Positions 11,971 to 22,300 of a stretch of DNA of 64,000 bases are shown here, piece after piece. Within the stretch, counting starts at the first letter, position 1. Each line of letters starts with the position of its first letter. Below the pieces are notes generated by a model. That model saw nothing but the letters and a program-made list of their open reading frames with translations, was not told the origin of the DNA and did no database searches. Position numbers and translations under genes: made by a program. Source of the stretch: Cyanophora paradoxa CCMP329 (Eukaryota; Plantae; Glaucophyta); assembly GCA_004431415.1 (NCBI GenBank), contig QPMI01000652.1:1-64000 (forward strand), in the 5' to 3' direction.

Positions 11971-12960
11971 ATGGCCACGGAGACGACGCACATGGCGGCG
12001 GCGGCGGCGGCGCCCCTTTCCGAGCCGGCGGCGCCCAGGTTGATCGCCGACCTCCCCGACGAGATCGTTCGCATGGTAACGAAGCGGCTCGGGCCCTGGG
12101 ATGCCAAGCGCACCCTGGGGTCTACGAACCGCCGCTTTCGCGACTTGGTCAAAAACGACGACGGCGAGTGGGCGGCCTTGTGCAAGACGCAGCTCGGGAT
12201 CGTGGTTCCCGAAGACGCTCCGCCGGGGACGGCCTACAACGTCTACGCCGGCTTTTTCGCGACGCGCTGCCGCTTGTGCTTTGAGCGCGGCTTCTGGAAG
12301 CCCAGCGAGGAGCCGATGGTGATGGACCCGCTCTTGAACATGCGCCTCTGCTCCACCGACGCCCGCTGCGATCGTACCCCGATGAGCAGCATCTACACCA
12401 TTTCTTATGAATCGAAGAACAGCCACGACAATTACGGGCTATACGGAAACACCATCCCGCACCTAGTCGTCGACGCGGCCGGTCGAACGAATTACGCCGC
12501 CCTCGTCAGGGAGCGGGAGCGCCGCCGCGGCCTCCCCGCCCGCCCAGGCCTCCTCTCCATGGCGGAGATCGTCAAGCGCTACCACCTCGTCCCCCGCCGC
12601 AATACGAAGCACCGTCCGCGCGGGGCCCTCGCCGCGGCCGGCTACGACCCGGAGACGCTGGAGGAGCGCTTCGACCCCGCCGCCGTCCGTGCCTGGCTGG
12701 TCGATGAGGCCGGCGCCGGCATCCCCGATCCAGAGGGGCGCGCACGAAATCTCGAGAAGGCGGCAGAGTACCGCAAGCGCCGCCGCGGACAGTTCGAGCA
12801 GCACACTGCGCCGGCTGCGCATATGCATGCCACCGCTCCGGCTGCGCATGCCACCGCGCCGGCTGCGCCTGCCGCGGGGGCGGCCGGGGGTGGCGTCATG
12901 ATCAGCTATATGAACTATATATACGACGTCGATCTGGGAGAATTCGTTACCGCTCCTTGA
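11971..12960 (+). CDS. F-box protein with Cys-rich zinc motif (paralogue 1)
   Basis: LIADLPDEIVRMVTKRL...LGSTNRRFRDLV...WAALC is an F-box; followed by CRLC...LCSTDARC. Intronless. Confidence 0.8.
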   Translation: MATETTHMAAAAAAPLSEPAAPRLIADLPDEIVRMVTKRLGPWDAKRTLGSTNRRFRDLVKNDDGEWAALCKTQLGIVVPEDAPPGTAYNVYAGFFATRCRLCFERGFWKPSEEPMVMDPLLNMRLCSTDARCDRTPMSSIYTISYESKNSHDNYGLYGNTIPHLVVDAAGRTNYAALVRERERRRGLPARPGLLSMAEIVKRYHLVPRRNTKHRPRGALAAAGYDPETLEERFDPAAVRAWLVDEAGAGIPDPEGRARNLEKAAEYRKRRRGQFEQHTAPAAHMHATAPAAHATAPAAPAAGAAGGGVMISYMNYIYDVDLGEFVTAP

Positions 12961-13393
12961 TTGAAAAGAGGTTAGCGGCAGTTGTCAAAGTGCACGTGTA
13001 GAATACGAATAGCTAAAAACCTAGCTATAGAAATGATTATGATATTCGATAGCTATACCGATCGATATCATGAATCGAACGAGATTTGTTTGGAACAGCA
13101 AAGTGACCGTCAGTCCATGTGCGAAGCGATAATTATAATGTTTATAATCAAATCAGTTAACGTTCCAAGGACATAAAACTGAGCTTTAAGTTACATGAGT
13201 TACATGCGATGTATATGTGTGCGTAGGAAATTTAAAATCGCTCGCGCATGTTGCGCGCGAAACATGAATTCGAGACCTCTCGTGGAGCGGCCAAGGGTGG
13301 AAATTAAAGGGCGCGGACCCGAAGGGGCGCGGTGTCACGTGCAAGTGCACAGGGGTACGCTCCTTCCGGCATGCGCACCCCGGCCCCTCGGTC

Positions 13394-13434
13394 GGGATTC
13401 CCGTTCACGAAAAAAACGGTGGCCGACAAAAGGG
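13394..13434 (+). promoter_or_regulatory. Element promoter: GGGATTCCC + GACAAAAGGG
   Basis: Motifs at 13394 and 13425; ATG 13525. Confidence 0.7.
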
Positions 13435-13524
13435 ATCGCGCGGCGCCATTTCGTCACTCGGGCGCGCCGACCCAAAGAAACGACGTCGACACCGGTACCG
13501 CACCCGATCCATCCAAAGATCTAG

Positions 13525-14541
13525 ATGACCCTGACGACGATGCCGACCCGTGCACTTGAGCTCGAGCCCGAATTTGTGGAGGCGGTGGCGCATGGAGGCC
13601 GCCCGGGCGCGTCGCCGGCGCCCGTGGCCGAGGCCGAGGCCGACATAAATCGCGAGATCGAGCTCACGATCGTGCCTGCCGCGCCAAAGTCGACGTCGGT
13701 GTCGTTTCTAGACCTCCCCGACGAGATCATCCGCGAAAAGATCGCCACCATGCTGGGCGCCAAGGGCGCCAACATGTACCTGGGATCCCTCTGCCGCCAC
13801 TTCCGCACCATCGTCAAGGAGCACGACCAGGCGTGGGCGCAGCTGTGCACGACGGAATTCGAGCTGGGCGTCACCAACATGGAGAGGGCCCCGCGCGGGG
13901 GGCCCCACGCCGCGTACTTTGCGTTTGCCGCCGTGCGCTGCAAGGCGTGCTTCTACGGCCACCGCGACTGGAGCCCCGCGGCCGACACGCCGTTTATCGA
14001 CCCGATCACAAAGTGGCCCGTCTGCGCCGACTGCGCCGCTCCCTACACGAGCACCGCGAACGGCGTGGCCATTGGTCACGTGATCAGCGCCATCTCTGGC
14101 GAGTCCCGCGAGGCCAGCGTCAAGTACGGCCTCTACGGAACCACCATCCCGCACCTCGCCGTCGACGCGGCCGGCTTTACGAACTATGCCGCCATCGTCA
14201 GGGAGCGGGAGCGCCGCCGCGGCCTCCCCGCCCGCCCGGGCCTCCTCTCCATGGCGGAGATCGTCAAGCGCTACCGCCTCGTCCCCGGTCGCTGTCTGCA
14301 TCACCGCCCGCGCGGGGCCCTCCCCGTGGCCGGCTACGACCCGGAGACGCTGGGGGAGCGCTTCGACCCCGCCGACGTCCGTGGCTGGCTGGTTGAGAAG
14401 GCCGAAATCCCCGATCCGGAGAGGCGTGTGCGCGATCTCGAGAAAAAGGCCGAGCGGCGCAAGCGCAAGCGACAGCAGGAGCCCGACGCCGAGCGCTCCG
14501 CCGCGCCGGGCGCGTCCGTAGAGGCCCACGCCGAGATCTAG
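13525..14541 (+). CDS. F-box protein with CxxC..CxxC motif (paralogue 2)
   Basis: SFLDLPDEIIREKIATML...LGSLCRHFRTIV...WAQLC; CKAC...VCADC. C-terminal half is near-identical to paralogue 1. Confidence 0.8.
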   Translation: MTLTTMPTRALELEPEFVEAVAHGGRPGASPAPVAEAEADINREIELTIVPAAPKSTSVSFLDLPDEIIREKIATMLGAKGANMYLGSLCRHFRTIVKEHDQAWAQLCTTEFELGVTNMERAPRGGPHAAYFAFAAVRCKACFYGHRDWSPAADTPFIDPITKWPVCADCAAPYTSTANGVAIGHVISAISGESREASVKYGLYGTTIPHLAVDAAGFTNYAAIVRERERRRGLPARPGLLSMAEIVKRYRLVPGRCLHHRPRGALPVAGYDPETLGERFDPADVRGWLVEKAEIPDPERRVRDLEKKAERRKRKRQQEPDAERSAAPGASVEAHAEI

Positions 14542-15355
14542 TATATCGTGGTTGATTAGATATATATATATATATAGGAAGATTGATTGCGATTGCGAGA
14601 GGTATGCGTTGCGCGGTTAACGTATACGTATACGCGTAGGTAAATCTCGCGCTCGTGCTCGTGGGAGATCATGGATATCGATATCGATCGGAAATGGATA
14701 TTTCGCACGCTTACGTATAATGCTCGTAAACATGTTTGCAATTTGTGGCTCCACGATGCAATCATTGAATGATTTGTTGAATAATCACTGAGATAAAACA
14801 TCGCCTTCCGATCCGCCACGTGCACGGCGCCTGCAAACTACGGCCTGGCCGGAAGCCTCTGGGGGGGATTACGTGCGCGTCCCGCGGCCGGCCTGACCCG
14901 ACGTTAACGCTAGCTATAGCTGGCGTGTGTCGAATTCAATTATAGTTCTTGGAAGCTTAAACTGTAAGATGGTCGACGTCGGTGCGATCGGCGAAGAAGG
15001 CAGTACTAGCGAATACGTAAACGTGCGATGCTTAAGCATGTACTACGTATACGGTATCATAGCATGCATTCGCATTGGTGCGTTCGTTTGCAATTCGAGT
15101 TCATTGAAAAAACTACGACGCCGACTCTGCAAGTTTGAATTTGCGGCAACAGTTTTCTACGCCGTTGCTGCACACGCGTACATACGTGCACATGTGTGCA
15201 CAACTCGCTGAATGTCAAATGATTGCAACGTGCGACCGTCCGGACGCAGTCTGTTTCATTCCCTCCTGTCCAGCCTGTACGTGTACGTGTATCCTTGCCG
15301 ACGGCGACGGGGGCGTACACGTACGGGATTCAGAAATCTTTTTCGGTCAGCGATC

Positions 15356-15414
15356 GGGAATCCCGGCATGAAATTCCGCAGTGCCACGGTGCAGCGAGGA
15401 GGAGGGCTATAAAA
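15356..15414 (+). promoter_or_regulatory. Element promoter: GGGAATCCC + TATAAAA
   Basis: Motifs at 15356 and 15408; ATG 15501. Confidence 0.75.
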
Positions 15415-15500
15415 GAGATCCACCTCATGATCAGCCTCGCAGACCACATCGGCAGTTCCGGATCCCTTTCGCAAAACAAAGCGGTTCAAACTCGCGAAAC

Positions 15501-15869
15501 ATGTCCAACGCGTTCGTCGAAGCCAACGTTACCGTCAACGGCGACGATGCTGTCACGTCGGTTGCAATCGGCGAGGAAGCGGGCGCGGTGGCGACGATGA
15601 CGTGCACGTGGGAAGAAATCGTGAGGCTCGCTGACCGCTTTATCGAGGACGACGACCGCATCCGCGCCGAGTCCGAGGCTGAGGTCACACCCGTCGCCAA
15701 CGGCGCCTACGGCAACACGGACATAGTTTGGCTCGGGAGCCTCTCGCCCGAGGAGATTCGAGCTGCGGCGGCGTCGGTGACGTGGGAGGAGATCGTGAGG
15801 CTCGGGGAGCGGTTCATCGAGGACGACAATCGCATCCGCGCCGAGTGCGAGGCCCGGGGCGATTGCTAG
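15501..15869 (+). CDS. Small acidic protein with two TWEEIVRLxxRFIEDDxRIRAE repeats
   Basis: Internal duplication, element promoter upstream, and a paralogue at 33145. Confidence 0.75.
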   Translation: MSNAFVEANVTVNGDDAVTSVAIGEEAGAVATMTCTWEEIVRLADRFIEDDDRIRAESEAEVTPVANGAYGNTDIVWLGSLSPEEIRAAAASVTWEEIVRLGERFIEDDNRIRAECEARGDC

Positions 15870-16471
15870 GTCGCGATTAATATTGATCAAGCTTATAAAT
15901 AGCTTGGATACCGTAGCACGTGTACGTATACAGTTCTGCGTCAGAAGCGATACATAATATACAAGCTTCACTGAGTCATGATCATGCCATGATGCATATG
16001 GATGCATGCGAATTCGACTGCACATACATATGCATGCATTTACATCATTACACACGTAAATATACGAGCTACTAAACGTATTATAGCTAAAACTAATGTA
16101 ATACGCATAATGTAAGGCACGTATATATATACCGCGCGGCGCGCAGCTGAAGTAGAGGTATACGTAGTACTACGGTACTTGGTAGGCGGCGTGGCCAATT
16201 CCGGATCCAAGTACGGCCTAAGCTTGCGTGCCCGTTTTTGCTCTTCGCATCGCCTCTAGATTTCCTCTCATATATAATCACCCTCTGAATCTCACACACA
16301 GCGTGGGTGTACGTAGCTATAACGTTCAATGGCTCACACGGGTACGTATACGGGTCGGTTTATTTCGCGTAACAAACCGTATATATATACGTAGTACGTA
16401 TACATGCGGGTCTGAAGAGAAAATGCGAGGCCCCACGGTACGGCCAGGGGGTAGAAGGGAGCGGGAAAGGA

Positions 16472-17116
16472 TCACTGTAGCTGGTCACGAGCGCTAGCGG
16501 GGGCGGGGGCGGGGGCGGCCGCGAGGGCTGCGTCGAGCTCGGTAGCGAGCTCTTTGTAGATCTTTTGCTTGCCCCAACACATCAGCTCCTGGCAGAGATC
16601 CGCCTCTCGGTAGAGCCGGAACGCGAGCTCCGCCTTGGCGTACCCGCCGTTGTTCGAACGGGGTCCGCGGTACCGGCTGCCTTGGCCTTTCTCGCGGTAT
16701 TCGTTCACGTAGTCATCCCACATTTCCCGCTCAAGGCGGGGGAAGCGCTCCACATCCGTCCATGTCCCATCACTGAAGATCTTTTCTTTGAAGCCAGACC
16801 GTGCGCCTGTAACGCCGACGTATTGCTCGATACGGGCGCGCTTGAGGGCTGTGTCGATGGCATCTACGGCTCTGGCGCGCTTCGCGCCGATTATGGCGTC
16901 GCAGTCGAGGTTCACGACTTCACGGGCTCCGTCGGCGTAGACCTGAAGGCCCTCCTGGATCTCCTCGGAGCTGCATTCCTCCAAAGGCTTAGAGCGGAAA
17001 ATCCGGTAGCGGGCTTCGAGGGGCCGTTTGGCGCCGGCGGCGACGAGCTTTGGCTCGTCGTCCTTGAACACGGTCTTCGCGCGCTTGATCAGGCTCTTCA
17101 CTTTGCCGGCGTCCAT
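16472..17116 (-). CDS. Hypothetical protein (214 aa)
   Basis: Balanced composition. Reverse TATA (17223-17233) and GGGATTCCC at 17267 and 17280 lie upstream. Confidence 0.7.
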   Translation of the reverse strand: MDAGKVKSLIKRAKTVFKDDEPKLVAAGAKRPLEARYRIFRSKPLEECSSEEIQEGLQVYADGAREVVNLDCDAIIGAKRARAVDAIDTALKRARIEQYVGVTGARSGFKEKIFSDGTWTDVERFPRLEREMWDDYVNEYREKGQGSRYRGPRSNNGGYAKAELAFRLYREADLCQELMCWGKQKIYKELATELDAALAAAPAPAPASARDQLQ

Positions 17117-17539
17117 GGTCGATCGCGGGGGCGGTCTAGGTCTGGGCTGGCGTAAGCTTTTGGGTGCGCGGGCGAGACCGCGAGTGCGAATGACGATCGA
17201 TGCCGACCGGAGCGGACGCGAACCCCTTTATAGACCCGCGATTCCCTTGGGGATCCGGGGGCTTGGGGGATTCCCGGTTGGGATTCCCGGCCCGACGGAC
17301 CCCGCCGCGTCCCAACCCCCCCGCCCCCCCCCCCCCCCCCTCGATCCTCTGCGTTCACATGAAGCCCAGCCCTCGCGGTGAAAAAAGCGCGAGACCGCGT
17401 CGCGCCTCGCCGAGCCTGTGGCGAGCTGGCCGGCGGCCGCCCGCCGCTCTGGCAGATGCCACGCCCGAGCGGGCCCGTTCAGGGGTACCCCCTCGCGCAC
17501 CCCGGCCTCGCTCACCGGCGGCGAGCACCCCGTACGGCT

Positions 17540-18160
17540 CGCTGCATCTGGCTCGCAGTAGGGGCGGCCTGGTCGATTCCGGCTACGGCGTGTGTACCCC
17601 TCAATCGCGCCCTCTCCGATTCTCGTACGCCCCTCGCGCTCGCCCTCGCTCGCCCTGCGGCCCGTTCGGTTCGCCGCAGCTGGTGCGCAGTAGGGGCGGC
17701 CTGGTCGATTCCGGCTACGGCGTGTGTACCCCTGCTAACGCTGCCCTTTTCCCTCCCTCTCCAACTACCCCTGGCCCTCCCGGGTCCCGCATCCTCTCAG
17801 CGAGGACCCGCAGGACGTCGGGGTACAGGCGCCGTAGCCGGAATCGACCAGGCGGGCGATAAGCGGCGGGGCTCGGTTCGGTCGTACCCCGCTCCCCCCG
17901 CCCCCGCCGCGCCCTCGCCTCGTCTCACCGCGCGCGAGCTCGCGGGTCCGCCCAGGGGTACAGGCGCCGTAGCCGGAATCGACCAGGCGGGCCATAAGCG
18001 GCGGGGCTCGGTTCGGTCGTACCCCCTGCTCCCCCCGCCCCCCGCTGCGCCCTCGCCCCGTCTCACCGCGAGCCCGCGCGTCCGCCCAGGGGTACAGGCG
18101 CCGTAGCCGGAATCGACCAGGCGGGCCATAAGCGGCGGGGCTCGGTTCGGCCGTACCCCC
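17540..18160. repeat. Head-to-head core array 1 (2 B units on +, 3 A units on -)
   Basis: B cores at 17567 and 17699; reverse A cores at 17820, 17955 and 18089 (period about 134). Confidence 0.9.
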
Positions 18161-18253
18161 GCCCCCCCCCGACCCCGCCCGCTCGCCCCGTCTCACCGAG
18201 GGCACGTGCACGTCCCAATTAATATTAATATTGCAAGGGGGAAGATGGGAGGA

Positions 18254-18934
18254 TCACTGATCGTGAGCGGCCGCGGGGGCGGGCCGGGGGCGGGGGCCCG
18301 AGTGCAGCTCGGGGGGAACGAGCCACGCGGCCGAGCGGTAGCGATCGCGAAACGCCTGCGGCGCCCAGGCGGGGAGCGCCGCCGCCCCCTCGTCGAGGCG
18401 CCGCCCGTAGCCCTGCGGGTCCGCCCGCCACCGCGCCGCGTGCTCGCCGGCGAGAAAAGTGATGCCGGCGCCCGGGGCGGCGCGGCAGAGGGGGCAGCGA
18501 AAGTCGGCGGGGGGCAGCGAGGCGAGGCAGTGGAGGCAGAAGACGTGGTTGCAGGCGAGGCGGACGGGCCGCGCGTGCGGCTCCAGGCAGACCGCGCACG
18601 GGTCCCTCTCGTCGGCGCCGGCCGCGCCGGCCGCGGCCGGCAGCTCGGCGCTCGACGCGTTCCGCATGCACCAGCAGGTGAGGGCGGCGAGGTGGCCGAG
18701 GGAGACGAAGCGGGCGAGGGCGGCGGGGTCCGTGCGCGGGTCGCCCCCCGCCGGCGCCTCGACGACCTCGGTCTCGACCCAGGACTTGCCGCGCGCCACG
18801 GGCAGAGGCACGCGGATGGAGCCGCGCGCCGCGTCGTACTCGTGCAGACCGTGCCCGCTCCGCGCGCGGAGCGGGTCCCGCTCCCCGCCGAAGCGCCTGG
18901 GGTACGGGGTGGCCCGGTGCCCGCGGGCGCTCAT
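18254..18934 (-). CDS. C3HC4 RING-finger protein (putative E3 ligase)
   Basis: CAVCLE...RLACNHVFCLHCL...CPLCR; reverse CCATAAAAGGG at 19032-19042. Confidence 0.85.
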   Translation of the reverse strand: MSARGHRATPYPRRFGGERDPLRARSGHGLHEYDAARGSIRVPLPVARGKSWVETEVVEAPAGGDPRTDPAALARFVSLGHLAALTCWCMRNASSAELPAAAGAAGADERDPCAVCLEPHARPVRLACNHVFCLHCLASLPPADFRCPLCRAAPGAGITFLAGEHAARWRADPQGYGRRLDEGAAALPAWAPQAFRDRYRSAAWLVPPELHSGPRPRPAPAAAHDQ

Positions 18935-19031
18935 GGGGTAGGGAGAACCCTGCGTCGACCGAGTTCGAGCGGACGGGGTACTGCGGTCGCGCACCCCTCG
19001 CTCTTCCTCGTCTACCCCCCGCCCAGGGGCG

Positions 19032-19238
19032 CCCTTTTATGGTCGGACGCGGCGGGCGTGCGGGGCGGGGACGGGGGCGGGGAGGGGAGGGGTTCGGAGC
19101 ACCTCGCCGGGGTACGCGGCGGGCGGGGAGCCGCGCCCCGCCGGCTCGGGTCGCGCGGGGAGCGGCACCGGCCGCGGAGGGCGGGGGTACGGCCGGCCGC
19201 GGCGCGGGATTCCCGTTCGTTTCCGCCAAGAAAAGGGG
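19032..19238. promoter_or_regulatory. Divergent promoter between RING and primase-helicase genes
   Basis: Reverse TATA-like box at 19032, GGGATTCCC at 19206, GAAAAGGGG at 19230. Confidence 0.6.
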
Positions 19239-19307
19239 CCCGCCCCGCGGGGAGGAGGGGCGTTGATCGCCATTCCTCGCCTGCGCCAGGGAAAAAGCGA
19301 GAACGGA

Positions 19308-22300
19308 ATGGAACTTGCCGAGGGGCCGCTCTGCATCGCCGGGCCGAGGGGCGCCGCGGGGCCCGTCCCCGCGCCGAAGCGCGCCAGGGACGGGGCGGCG
19401 GCGCCGGCGGGCGTCGCCCCCCCCCGCGCGCAGCCCTCGGTGCCGCCCGCCTCGGACGTCGACCCTGCCAGCGCCGCCCTCTTTGTCAAGATCGGGCGCC
19501 CCGGGGCGCGCCAGGACGCCATCTACCGCACCTCGTGGCGGCGGGTCCCCCTCGACGCCCTCGCCGGCGTGCAGGGCGCCCCGTCGGCGTCCCGCCCCCG
19601 CAACGTCGCCCAAGTCTGCCTCCAGCCGGCCGTCCGGCTGCGCGACGGACGCGCCGCCAAGCTCGCCTTTCTGGGCGCCTTTGACCTGGACGTGCACGTC
19701 GAGGTGCCGGCCGAGGTCTGCGAGGGGGCGGTGGGCGACGCGCAGCGGGCCCAGTGCAAGAAAGAGTACCTCTGCGGCGTCCTGGCCGAGGCGCGCACGC
19801 TGGGCGAGTACTGCCGCCGCCTCCCCGACGTGGCCCGCGTCGCCCGCCTCGCCCACGACCTCGCCGCCGCCTGCGAGGCGTCCGGCCTGCGCGCCCTCGT
19901 CGTCTTCAGCGGGCTCAAGGGGTTCCACGTCGTCGTGATGGAGCGCGAGCTGATCGCCCGCTCCGAGGCCGCCCGCCTCTACGACGCCGAGGACCTGCGC
20001 CAGTGGGAGCTCAGGCGCGCCCGCGCCCGCGCCCGCTTCCCGGGCGACTGGAAGCGGGCCTCGCGGTCGGCCGGCACGCGCGCCGTGCCCGGCATGGTCG
20101 ACAAGAGGCGGTCCTCGTGGCGCGGCGCCGACGCCCTCGCGGCCGTCGTGAAGCCCTGGATGGAGCGCAAGCTCGGGCCCGCGCTCACCGGCGCCCTGCT
20201 CGAGGCGGGGGCCGTGGACGTGAGCACGTGGAACCCGAACTGCGGGATGCGCGAGGACACGCACTACCACGGCTGGACGCTGCGCTACCCGGTGGCGATC
20301 GCCGACCGGACCGCCCTCGTCGATCCCGCCCGCGGCGACGCCGTCGACCTCTGCACGGCGCGGGCCGACCCCGCCATCGTCGCCTGGAACCGCGACTTCT
20401 ACGCCTGGCTCCGCTCCGCCCTCGCCGAGGCCCTCTTCCTCGACCTCCCGGCCCTCCCGCGCCCCGCCGGCGCCGGCGCCGACCTCGCCCGCCGGGCCGC
20501 CCCCAAGCGGAGGGCAGAGGGCGCCGGCGAAGAGGGCGGTCGGCCGCGCGGCCGCGGGCCCAAGCGCCCCCGCCGCGGCGCGCCGGGCGCGACCGACCCG
20601 GCCGCCGCCGCCGCGGCGGCCGCGGTCGATCCGAGCGGGCCCGAGGTGCCGCCGGACCGCCTCCGCCTCGCCCGCGCCGTCTACCCCGCCGAGAGCGGCC
20701 GGGAGTGGGAGCGCCAGGGCGGCGAGGTCGAGGCCTACGTCTCGCGCCCCGCCGGCGGGCCCTGCCTCCACGGGCGCGTCCACAGCAGCCAGAACACGCG
20801 CCTCGCCGTCGCCCCGTTTGGGGCGTGGGGCGTGCTGGCGGGCTCCGCCCACTGCTTCAGCCTCGCGTGCGCCGAGCGGCCGCTGCGGGGCGCCCTCGCC
20901 TTTGCCGAGGGGCTCCCCGCGCCGCCGCCGCCCGAGGCCGCCGAGGCCCTCGGCCGCTGGCTCCCGCTCCTCTCCGAGGCGGCCAACGCCGCGATCGCCG
21001 CCGCCCGCGCCGCCCGCGAGCTCCCGCCCCTCGTGCTCCCGGACGCGGCGGCGGCGCCGTACCCGGCCCGCGCCGACCTGGGCACCGACACCGTCGAGTA
21101 CCGCGTCAAGGCCCCCTGCGCCCTCTGCGGCGACCGCCGCGGCCTCGTGCGCGTCGACGCCCTCGAGGGGACGGCCCGCGCCCACGCCTGCGACGCCTGC
21201 GAGGAGGCCAAGGCGGCGGAGGCGGCGGCCGCCGCCGGCGCCGCCGGCTCGGGCCCGGGCCCGGGCCCAAAGGCGGCGCCCGAGGTCCGCCTGGGGCGCG
21301 CCTGGACCTCGTCGATCTCGGCCGTGCAGCGGGCCGTGCACCGCGCCACCGTCGGCGCCGCCGTCGCCGCCGGCCTCCTCCCCGCGTCGACGGGCCTGCT
21401 GGGGGCGACGGAGCCGCGGGCGACCCAGCCGCCCATGTCGGCGGCGCGCCAGAAGTTCGTGGCGGGGCTGGCGGCGCACCTTGAGGAGCGGCTGGCGGCC
21501 CCCGCCGGCTCCCCCGACGGGCCGACCCCCCTGGAGGTGGCGCCCGAGCAGGCGGCCCTCTGGGCCCGCGTCCCGCTCCCGAGCCTCGGGAGGCCGCTGG
21601 CGCCGCCGGCGGGGCGGCCCGACCTGGAGGCGGCGTGGCTGGGGATCGACGACGACGCCGGGGGCGAGGGGCCGAACCGGCGCTACGTCGACGGGGCGCG
21701 CATCTCCCGCGAGCTCGAGGGCCCCGAGGGGCAGGCGCGCACCCTCTTCCTGCGGGGGGGCATGGGGGACGGCAAGACGCGCGCCTGCGTCTCGATCTCC
21801 CGCGCGATCGTGGCCGACCCGGCCCGCTTCGGCGTCCGCTTCGCCGAGGGGCAGCGCTCCATCCTCTACCTCGTCGCGGGGCGGCTGCACGCGCCCGAGA
21901 TTCAGCGGGACCCCGAGTGGGCGACGGTGGCGCGGTGGGTCTCGTACCGCGACGTGCGGGACGGGGCGCCCGACGCCGCCGCGCTCCTCAGCACCGTCGA
22001 GTCGGTCCGGCGCTTCGACGGGGTCTTTCCCGTCGTGATCCTCGACGAGGGGGCCAAGGCGATCGTGACGGCCGTCCTCTCGGAGACGCTGGCGCCGGAG
22101 GCGCGCCAGAACCAGGCCCTGGCGCGCCTGGGGCGCCTCCTGTGCGAGGCCTCCATCGTCCTCGTCTCCGACGCCGACCTCTGCCAGCACGACGTCGACT
22201 ACTACCTCGCCCTGCGCCACCCGGCGCCGGCCGCGCCCGGCGCCGCCCGCGTCGTCTCCTACACCCTGCGCCCCGCCCCGCGGGGCCCCGCCGCGCGCCG

